Virus record (IMG/VR): IMGVR_UViG_2541047853_000004
DNA: 32,919 nucleotides
From: a virus
Taxonomy: Duplodnaviria; Heunggongvirae; Uroviricota; Caudoviricetes
Direction: 5' to 3' (one strand)
Position 1 is the first letter of the stretch. Each line of letters begins with the position of its first letter. The notes under the pieces were generated by a model, which had not been told where the DNA came from, did not search any database, and saw nothing but the letters and a program-made list of their open reading frames with translations. A program made the translations under genes and the position numbers. Below, piece by piece: positions 25,773 to 32,919 of this stretch.

Positions 25773-26945
25773 ATGGCTCAGGATTACCACCACGGGGTGC
25801 GCGTTGTTGAAGTCAACGAAGGCACCCGATCCATTACCACGGTGAGCACCGCCATCGTGGGTATGGTCTGCACGGGCGATGATGCCGATGCAAAAATGTT
25901 CCCTCTTAATAAACCCGTGCTGATCACTGATGTGCTGACTGCCAGCGGTAAAGCGGGTGAGTCCGGTACTCTGGCCCGTTCGCTGGATGCCATCGCTGAC
26001 CAGGCAAAACCCGTGACTGTTGTTGTGCGTGTGCCGCAGGGTGAAACGGAAGACGAAACCACGACCAATATCATCGGCGCAGTGACCGCTGAAGGTAAAA
26101 AAACTGGCATGAAAGCCCTGTTATCTGCCCAGTCACAGCTCGGCGTTAAACCACGCATTCTGGGTGTACCTGGTCACGACACCAAGGCGGTAGCTACTGA
26201 GTTGCTGAGCGTAGCGCAAAGCCTGCGTGGGTTTGCTTACCTGTCAGCGTATGGCTGCAAGACAGTGCAGGAGGCGATCACTTACCGCGAAAACTTCAGC
26301 CAGCGCGAAGGGATGCTGATCTGGCCTGACTTTACTGGCTGGGACACGGTGCTGAATGCCGAAGCAACGGCATATGCCACCGCCCGTGCGCTTGGTCTGC
26401 GCGCCAAAATTGACGAGCAGACCGGATGGCACAAAAGCCTGTCCAACGTGGGCGTGAACGGTGTCACCGGAATTTCTGCAGATGTGTTCTGGGATCTGCA
26501 GGACCCGGCAACCGATGCAGGTCTGCTGAACCAGAACGACGTCACCACGCTTGTGCGTAAAGACGGTTTCCGCTTCTGGGGTTCCCGCTGCCTGAGTGAT
26601 GACCCGCTCTTTGCCTTCGAAAACTACACCCGCACGGCGCAGGTGCTGATGGACACGATGGCAGAAGCACACATGTGGGCGGTGGATAAACCGCTTAACC
26701 CGTCGCTGGCCCGCGACATTATCGAAGGTATCCGCGCCAAAATGCGCAGCCTGGTCAGTCAGGGCTATCTCATTGGTGGTGATTGCTGGCTGGATGAGTC
26801 GGTGAACGACAAAGACACGCTGAAAGCCGGAAAACTCACCATCGACTACGACTACACGCCAGTGCCGCCACTTGAAAACCTGATGCTGCGTCAGCGCATC
26901 ACCGATCAGTACCTGGTGAATTTCGCCAGCCAGGTCAGCGCGTAA
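25773..26945 (+). CDS. FI: tail sheath protein FI
   Basis: 390 aa with CAGGAGG RBS; N-terminus [19 protein letters not shown] as in P2-family sheath proteins. Confidence 0.85.
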   Translation: MAQDYHHGVRVVEVNEGTRSITTVSTAIVGMVCTGDDADAKMFPLNKPVLITDVLTASGKAGESGTLARSLDAIADQAKPVTVVVRVPQGETEDETTTNIIGAVTAEGKKTGMKALLSAQSQLGVKPRILGVPGHDTKAVATELLSVAQSLRGFAYLSAYGCKTVQEAITYRENFSQREGMLIWPDFTGWDTVLNAEATAYATARALGLRAKIDEQTGWHKSLSNVGVNGVTGISADVFWDLQDPATDAGLLNQNDVTTLVRKDGFRFWGSRCLSDDPLFAFENYTRTAQVLMDTMAEAHMWAVDKPLNPSLARDIIEGIRAKMRSLVSQGYLIGGDCWLDESVNDKDTLKAGKLTIDYDYTPVPPLENLMLRQRITDQYLVNFASQVSA

Positions 26946-26954
26946 GGGGACAAC

Positions 26955-27470
26955 ATGGCTTTACCACGCAAATTAAAACACATGAACCTGTTTAACGACG
27001 GGAACAACTGGCAGGGGATCGTTGAGTCGCTGACGCTGCCGAAATTTACCCGCAAATATGAGAAGTATCGCGGCGGCGGAATGCCGGGTGCGGTGGATGT
27101 GGATCTGGGGCTTGATGACAGTGCGCTGGACACAGAATTTTCCATTGGTGGTACTGAATTGCTGCTGTTTAAACAGATGGGTAAAGCCACGGTGGATGGC
27201 ATCCAGCTGCGCTTTACCGGCTCTATTCAGCGTGACGATACCGGGGAAGTGCAGGCCGTGGAGCTTGTCGTGCGTGGACGTCACAAAGAAGTGGATTCCG
27301 GCGAGTGGAAGACGGGCGAAAGCAACACCACCAAAGTGACCAGTACCAACAGCTACGCGAAGCTGACCATCAATGGTGAGGTGCTCTATGAAGTGGACCT
27401 TATCAACATGGTGGAAATTGTGGACGGTGTGGACCTGATGGAAGCGCACCGCAACGCCCTCGGCCTCTGA
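26955..27470 (+). CDS. FII: tail tube protein FII
   Basis: 171 aa following the sheath gene; MALPRKLKHMNLFNDGNNWQG. Confidence 0.85.
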   Translation: MALPRKLKHMNLFNDGNNWQGIVESLTLPKFTRKYEKYRGGGMPGAVDVDLGLDDSALDTEFSIGGTELLLFKQMGKATVDGIQLRFTGSIQRDDTGEVQAVELVVRGRHKEVDSGEWKTGESNTTKVTSTNSYAKLTINGEVLYEVDLINMVEIVDGVDLMEAHRNALGL

Positions 27471-27524
27471 TATATCTGAACGGCGCGGGATACCGCGCCA
27501 GAACCCAATTGACAGGACAGCAAA

Positions 27525-27827
27525 ATGAGCGATAAGCAGACTGAAAAGACCATTCAACTGGATACCCCTATCAAGCGCGGTAAAACAGAAATCACCGAAA
27601 TTGTGCTGCGTAAACCGCAGTCCGGTGCGCTGCGCGGTACACGCCTGCAGGCCATTATGGATATGGATGTAAACGCGATGATGACCGTGATCCCCCGCAT
27701 CTCCAGTCCGGCACTGACTGCACAGGAAATTGCAGAGATGGACCCGGCAGATCTCACTGCCATGTCGGTTGAGGTTGTCACTTTTTTGTTGAAGAAGTCG
27801 GTGCTTGCCGGTTTACCGACAGCCTGA
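27525..27827 (+). CDS. E: tail assembly chaperone E
   Basis: 100-aa ORF preceding the tape-measure gene; contains the T7G slippery site near its 3' end. Confidence 0.8.
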   Translation: MSDKQTEKTIQLDTPIKRGKTEITEIVLRKPQSGALRGTRLQAIMDMDVNAMMTVIPRISSPALTAQEIAEMDPADLTAMSVEVVTFLLKKSVLAGLPTA

Positions 27828-27961
27828 CGGTTGACGATCTGGTGGCAGATATCGCCACCATTTTTCACTGGCCGCCATCCGTTACTGACGTTATGCCGCT
27901 GACCGAAGTGCTGGAATGGCGGTATAAAGCGATTCAGAGAAGCGGGGCCAACGATGAGTGA
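27525..27961 (+). CDS. E': E+E' fusion chaperone made by programmed -1 frameshift
   Basis: Slippery heptamer T TTT TTG at 27782-27788. The -1 frame then reads ...LTVDDLVADIATIFHWPPSVTDVMPLTEVLEWRYKAIQRSGANDE to a TGA at 27959-27961, resembling the P2 E' C-terminus as recalled. Confidence 0.7.
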
Positions 27962-30900
27962 TAACAACCTGCGTCTGCAGGTCATTCTTAATGCGGTTGA
28001 CAAGCTCACCCGCCCATTTCGATCTGCGCAGGCCAGTTCAAGAGAACTGGCTGCTGCTGTCAAAAAATCCCGCGATGCAATAAAGCAGCTTGATCAGGCC
28101 GGGAGCAGTCTGGACAGCTTCCGAAAGCTGCAGGCAGAAAATCAGAAATTAGGCGACAGGCTGAACTATGCCCGCCAGCGTGCAAATTTGCTCAGTCAGG
28201 AACTGGGAGCGATGGGGCCGCCTTCGCAACGTCAGGTTGTTGCTCTGGGCCGTCAACGGCTGGCTGTTCAGCGCCTGGAAGAACGCCAGAAAAAGCTGCA
28301 GCAGCAGACGGCGCTTGTGCGTGCTGAACTGTACCGGGCGGGAATTTCTGCGAAAGACGATGCGGGAGCAACTGCCCGTTTAGCCCGTGAAACATCACGT
28401 TATAACCAGGAACTTTCGAAACAGGAGGCGCGGCTGAAGCGACTGGGGGAAGCTCAGCGCAGGATGAATGCAGCGCGTGCCAGTTATGCCCGTTCGCTGG
28501 AGGTGCGTGATCGTATTGCAGGTGCCGGAGCCACCACCACGGCTGCAGGGCTGGCAATGGGTGCGCCAGTGATGGCGGCAGTAAAAAGCTATACCAGCAT
28601 GGAAGATGCCATGAAAGGTGTGGCAAAGCAGGTCAATGGTCTGCGTGACGATAATGGCAACCGCACTGCACGTTTTTATGAAATGCAGGATGCCATCAAG
28701 GCTGCCAGCGAACAGTTGCCGATGGAAAACGGTGCGGTGGACTTCGCTGCACTGGTTGAAGGTGGTGCGCGCATGAACGTCGCAAACCCTGACGACAGCT
28801 GGGAAGATCAGAAACGTGACCTGCTGGCCTTCGCCAGTACGGCAGCAAAGGCGGCAACAGCCTTTGAGCTGCCAGCGGATGAACTGTCAGAAAGTCTGGG
28901 GAAAATCGCCCAGCTCTACAAAATCCCCACCCGCAATATTGAACAGCTCGGTGATGCGCTGAACTATCTGGATGATAACGCCATGTCGAAAGGGGCAGAC
29001 ATCATTGATGTGATGCAACGTCTGGGCGGTGTGGCTGACCGTCTGGATTATCGTAAAGCGGCGGCGCTGGGTTCCACCTTCCTGACACTGGGCGCTGCGC
29101 CAGAGGTTGCAGCCAGTGCAGCAAACGCGATGGTGCGTGAATTGTCCATTGCCACCATGCAAAGCAAGAGTTTCTTTGAAGGGATGAATCTGCTGAAACT
29201 CAATCCTGAAGTGATTGAAAAGCAGATGACGAAGGATGCGATGGGAACCATCCAGCGCGTGCTGGAGAAGGTAAACGCGCTGCCGCAGGACAAGCGCCTG
29301 TCTGCCATGACTATGTTGTTTGGTAAAGAGTTTGGCGATGACGCGGCGAAACTGGCAAACAACCTGCCGGAACTGCAGCGTCAGTTAAAACTGACAGCGG
29401 GCAATGATGCGCTTGGCTCCATGCAGAAAGAATCCGACATTAACAAGGATTCACTTTCTGCGCAGTGGTTGCTGGTCAAAACCGGAGCGCAGAACACCTT
29501 CAGCAGCCTGGGCGAAACGCTGCGCCAGCCGCTGATGGATATTCTGTACACGGTGAAAAGCGTCACGGGGGCGTTGCGTCGCTGGGTGGAAGCTAACCCG
29601 GAACTGACAGGCACACTGATGAAAGCATCGGCTGTTGTGGCTGCGGTTACCGTCGGCCTCGGCACCTTAGCGGTGGCGCTAGCTGCAGTGCTGGGGCCGC
29701 TGGCAGTGATCCGTCTGGGATTCTCTGTGTTGGGTATCAAAACGTTATCTTCCGTTACGGCAGCAGTAACTCGAACCAGCAGCGCGTTGTCCTGGCTGGC
29801 TGGCGCACCACTGGCACTGCTGCGACGCGGGCTTGCTTCATCGGGCAACGCCGCAGGTTTACTTACTGCGCCGTTGTCGTCTTTGCGCCGCACGGCATCA
29901 CTGACGGGAAATGTCCTGAAAACTGTAGCAGGTGCGCCGGTTGCACTTTTGCGGTCTGGATTATCCGGTTTACGTGCTGTTGCTGTGATGTTTATGAATC
30001 CTCTGGCGGTACTGCGCGGTGGACTGGCCGCCGCAGGCACGGTGCTGCGAGTACTGGCATCTGGTCCACTGGCGATGCTGCGCGTTGCCCTGTATGCCAT
30101 ATCTGGTCTGTTAGGTGCTCTGCTCAGTCCGATAGGTCTTGTGGTTACTGCACTGGCGGGCGTGGCGCTGGTTGTCTGGAAATACTGGCAACCCATCACC
30201 GCATTTCTCGGTGGCGTGGTGGAAGGATTCAAAGCGGCGGCAGGTCCCATCAGTGCAGCGTTCGAACAGCTTAAGCCCGTGTTCCAGTGGATTGGCGACA
30301 AAGTGCAGGCGCTGTGGGGCTGGTTTACTGATCTGCTGACGCCCGTTAAGTCGACCTCTGCCGAACTGCAGAGCGCAGCGGCAATGGGGCGGCGATTCGG
30401 GGAGGCACTGGCGGAAGGGCTGAATATGGTCATGCATCCGCTGGACTCCCTGAAATCCGGAGTTTCCTGGTTGCTGGAGAAGCTCGGCATTGTCAGTAAA
30501 GAGGCCGCAAAGGCAAAACTGCCGGAAATCGTGACGCGTCAGCAACCTGCGACGGTGAATGCAGACGGTAAAGTGATGATGCCATCGGGTGGTTTTCCAT
30601 CATGGGGATATGGCTTTGCGGGGATGTATGACAGCGGCGGGTATATCCCGCGCGGGCAGTTTGGCATCGTCGGTGAAAACGGGCCGGAAATTGTTAACGG
30701 CCCGGCAAATGTGACCAGCCGGAGAAATACAGCTGCACTGGCTGCCGTTGTTGCCGGAATGATGGGCGTTGCTGCCGCGCCAGCAGAGCTTCCACCGTTG
30801 CACCCCTTGGCACTTCCCGCGAAAGGAGGAGAAGCAATTGTGAGTCGCGCAGCCACTGTGCCGCTCGTTCAACGGATTGAGGCACCGACGCAGATCATCA

Positions 30901-31031
30901 TTCAGACGCAGCCAGGACAAAGTGCGCAGGATATTGCGCGGGAGGTGGCACGCCAGCTTGATGAACGTGAACGCAGGCTGAAGGCAAAAGCCAGGAGTAA
31001 CTACAGCGATCAGGGGGGATACGACGCATGA
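27954..31031 (+). CDS. T: tail tape measure protein T
   Basis: 1025 aa, coiled-coil N-terminal region and hydrophobic/Ala-Gly-rich central region; downstream of E/E'. Confidence 0.85.
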   Translation: MSDNNLRLQVILNAVDKLTRPFRSAQASSRELAAAVKKSRDAIKQLDQAGSSLDSFRKLQAENQKLGDRLNYARQRANLLSQELGAMGPPSQRQVVALGRQRLAVQRLEERQKKLQQQTALVRAELYRAGISAKDDAGATARLARETSRYNQELSKQEARLKRLGEAQRRMNAARASYARSLEVRDRIAGAGATTTAAGLAMGAPVMAAVKSYTSMEDAMKGVAKQVNGLRDDNGNRTARFYEMQDAIKAASEQLPMENGAVDFAALVEGGARMNVANPDDSWEDQKRDLLAFASTAAKAATAFELPADELSESLGKIAQLYKIPTRNIEQLGDALNYLDDNAMSKGADIIDVMQRLGGVADRLDYRKAAALGSTFLTLGAAPEVAASAANAMVRELSIATMQSKSFFEGMNLLKLNPEVIEKQMTKDAMGTIQRVLEKVNALPQDKRLSAMTMLFGKEFGDDAAKLANNLPELQRQLKLTAGNDALGSMQKESDINKDSLSAQWLLVKTGAQNTFSSLGETLRQPLMDILYTVKSVTGALRRWVEANPELTGTLMKASAVVAAVTVGLGTLAVALAAVLGPLAVIRLGFSVLGIKTLSSVTAAVTRTSSALSWLAGAPLALLRRGLASSGNAAGLLTAPLSSLRRTASLTGNVLKTVAGAPVALLRSGLSGLRAVAVMFMNPLAVLRGGLAAAGTVLRVLASGPLAMLRVALYAISGLLGALLSPIGLVVTALAGVALVVWKYWQPITAFLGGVVEGFKAAAGPISAAFEQLKPVFQWIGDKVQALWGWFTDLLTPVKSTSAELQSAAAMGRRFGEALAEGLNMVMHPLDSLKSGVSWLLEKLGIVSKEAAKAKLPEIVTRQQPATVNADGKVMMPSGGFPSWGYGFAGMYDSGGYIPRGQFGIVGENGPEIVNGPANVTSRRNTAALAAVVAGMMGVAAAPAELPPLHPLALPAKGGEAIVSRAATVPLVQRIEAPTQIIIQTQPGQSAQDIAREVARQLDERERRLKAKARSNYSDQGGYDA

Positions 31032-31513
31032 TGATGGTGCTGGGATTGTACGTGTTTATGCTGCGCACCGTTCCGTATCAGGAACTGCAGTATCAACGCA
31101 GCTGGCGACATGCGGCAAACAGTCGGGTAAACCGACGTCCGTCCACGCAGTTTCTGGGACCGGAAAACGACATGCTGACGCTTTCCGGTGTTCTTATGCC
31201 GGAGATAACAGGCGGCAGGCTGTCGTTGCTGGCACTGGAGCAGATGGCAGAACAGGGGAAAGCATGGCCCCTGATTGAAGGCAGTGGCACGATTTACGGT
31301 ATGTATGTGATTGAGGGACTGAATCAGACTAAAACGGAGTTTTTCCGCGATGGTATGCCGCGCCGGATTGAGTTTACCCTGTCGCTCAAACGGGTGGATG
31401 AATCCCTGTCCGATATGTTCGGTGATCTCAGTGCGCAGCTGAATAATTTGCAGGATACGGCAACGTCTGCCTTAAGCGATATCAGTAAAACGGTGGGAGG
31501 GCTGCTGTCGTGA
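31028..31513 (+). CDS. U: tail protein U
   Basis: 161-aa ORF; start overlaps the T stop. Confidence 0.8.
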   Translation: MMMVLGLYVFMLRTVPYQELQYQRSWRHAANSRVNRRPSTQFLGPENDMLTLSGVLMPEITGGRLSLLALEQMAEQGKAWPLIEGSGTIYGMYVIEGLNQTKTEFFRDGMPRRIEFTLSLKRVDESLSDMFGDLSAQLNNLQDTATSALSDISKTVGGLLS

Positions 31514-32610
31514 ATTTCAGCTCTGAACTGCTTAACAAAGGCAACAAAACTCCGGCATTCAGCATCAGTATTGAAGGCAGGGATATCACTACTGTGCTGG
31601 ACAACCGCCTGATGGGGCTTACGCTGACGGATAACCGGGGCTTTGAAGCGGACCAGCTTGATCTGGAGCTGGACGACGCCGATGGAAAAATCGTGCTGCC
31701 GCGCCGTGGTGCGGTCATTACGCTGGCGCTGGGCTGGAAGGGGCAGCCGCTTTTCCCGAAAGGGGCATTCACGGTGGACGAGATTGAACACACTGGCGCA
31801 CCGGACCGCCTGACTATCCGGGCGCGAAGTGCTGATTTTCGTGAAACACTGAATACCCGCCGTGAAAAGTCGTGGCACAAGACCACCGTTGGGGAAGTGG
31901 TGAAGGAAATAGCTGCGCGGCACAAACTGAAGATGGCATTGGGTAAAGACCTGTCAGATAAACCCGTGGAACATATAGATCAGACCAATGAGAGTGACGG
32001 CAGTTTTCTGATGCGGCTGGCGCGCCAGTACGGTGCTATTGCGTCGGTGAAAAATGGCAATCTGTTATTCATCCGACAGGGGCAGGGTAAAAGCGCCAGT
32101 GGTAAACCACTACCGGTTATCACTATCACACGTAAGGACGGCGACAGTCACCGCTTTACCCTGGCAGATCGCGGAGCTTACACGGGCGTAATTGCCAGCT
32201 GGTTGCATACCCGCGAACCCGCGAAGAAAGAAAGCACCGCGGTGAAGCGTAAGCGCAGGACTAAGAAGCAGAAGAAAGAGCCGGAAACGAAGCAGGGCGA
32301 TTATCTGGTGGGTACGGATGAAAACGTGCTGGTACTTAATCGCACCTATGCTAATCGGAGTAACGCCGAACGGGCAGCGAAAATGCAGTGGGAACGCCTG
32401 CAACGCGGTGTTGCGTCATTCTCGCTACAACTGGCGGAAGGGCGGGCAGATCTCTACACGGAAATGCCAGTGAAAGTCAGTGGCTTTAAACAGCCGATAG
32501 ATGATGCGGAATGGACCATTACGACTCTGACGCATACCGTCAGCCCCGATAACGGTTTTACAACCAGTCTGGAGCTTGAAGTGAGGATTGATGATTTCGA
32601 AATGGAATGA
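31510..32610 (+). CDS. D: tail protein D (late control gene D-like)
   Basis: 366-aa ORF, GTG start overlapping the U stop; last tail gene before ogr. Confidence 0.8.
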   Translation: MNFSSELLNKGNKTPAFSISIEGRDITTVLDNRLMGLTLTDNRGFEADQLDLELDDADGKIVLPRRGAVITLALGWKGQPLFPKGAFTVDEIEHTGAPDRLTIRARSADFRETLNTRREKSWHKTTVGEVVKEIAARHKLKMALGKDLSDKPVEHIDQTNESDGSFLMRLARQYGAIASVKNGNLLFIRQGQGKSASGKPLPVITITRKDGDSHRFTLADRGAYTGVIASWLHTREPAKKESTAVKRKRRTKKQKKEPETKQGDYLVGTDENVLVLNRTYANRSNAERAAKMQWERLQRGVASFSLQLAEGRADLYTEMPVKVSGFKQPIDDAEWTITTLTHTVSPDNGFTTSLELEVRIDDFEME

Positions 32611-32700
32611 TTCTTCGCAATGGAGAACTTTTAAGTTTGCAAAATGGAATAATGCGGTATCATTATTGTGAATTTAGCAAAAATGGGGAGAACTCGAAAA

Positions 32701-32919
32701 ATGATGATTTGCCCACTGTGTGGAAGTGCCGCCCATACTCGCAGCAGTTTTCAGGTATCTTCATTGACCAAAGAGCGTTACAACCAGTGCCAGAACATTA
32801 ACTGCAGCCATACTTTTGTTACCCATGAAACTTTTGTTCGTTCGATTGCAACGCCAAAAGAGTCAAATCCGGTTCAGCCACATCCAATGAAATCAGGACA
32901 GGTGGCGCTCTCTCTTTGA
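32701..32919 (+). CDS. ogr: Ogr/B-type zinc-finger late transcription activator
   Basis: MMICPLCGSAAHTR...ERYNQCQNINCSHTF is the Cys4 Ogr/Delta signature (P2 Ogr begins MFHCPLCQHAAHART by recall). GGGGAG RBS. Stop is the last three bases of the window. Confidence 0.8.
   Translation: MMICPLCGSAAHTRSSFQVSSLTKERYNQCQNINCSHTFVTHETFVRSIATPKESNPVQPHPMKSGQVALSL

Larger units (their letters stand above)
1..32919. mobile_element. P2/186-family temperate phage genome (probable prophage), integrase through ogr
   Basis: Canonical P2-family gene order int, C/cI, cox/apl, A, cos-proximal Q-P leftward, O-N-M-L-X-lysis-R-S-V-W-J-I-H-G, FI-FII-E-E'-T-U-D, ogr. Window edges coincide with the int and ogr stop codons, so att sites are not visible. 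Confidence 0.9.

Noticed and set aside
29381-30490. 369-aa minus-strand ORF (and neighbours at 30111-30545 and 30539-30920) inside the tape-measure gene
   Set aside because: Lies entirely antisense to the 1025-aa T gene in a G+C-rich region. Its low-complexity Ala/Ser/Pro/Arg-rich translation is typical of a shadow ORF, and it has no RBS or synteny support.
32607-32801. 64-aa plus-strand ORF overlapping the start of ogr
   Set aside because: Out of frame with the clearly recognisable Ogr zinc-finger ORF; no RBS and not protein-like.
1-32919. CRISPR arrays, rRNA or tRNA genes, IS elements
   Set aside because: No regularly spaced direct repeats, no rRNA-like conserved stretches and no transposase ORFs were seen. 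The only mobile-DNA enzymes are the phage integrase and the fibre invertase.

Overview
The window is an almost complete temperate phage genome of the P2/186 family, running from the integrase stop codon (1-3) to the ogr stop codon (32917-32919), so no att sites or host flanks are visible. All calls come from reading the ORF translations and DNA by eye against remembered family features; no database search, HMM or computation was run. Gene order: int (-), a three-gene AT-rich cargo (-), a 186-type CI repressor (-), then rightward apl/cox, cII, small early genes, a TraR/DksA zinc finger, Dam methylase and the A replication endonuclease; a LexA box with a Tum-like/DinI-like cassette; a candidate cos; an AT-rich membrane-protein gene; leftward portal Q and terminase P; then rightward capsid, lysis, baseplate and tail genes through D and ogr. 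The tail-fibre region carries an invertible cassette with a serine invertase. The LexA box, CI type and CII suggest a 186-like, SOS-inducible phage rather than P2 itself. The strongest candidate for an undescribed system is the int-cI cargo (1132-3336): a protein with a HEPN-type RNKVIH motif and zinc ribbon, a GNAT-like/PUA-like fusion, and an ASCH protein. A second accessory candidate is the membrane protein at 10600-11145. P2 gene names are used for homologous positions.
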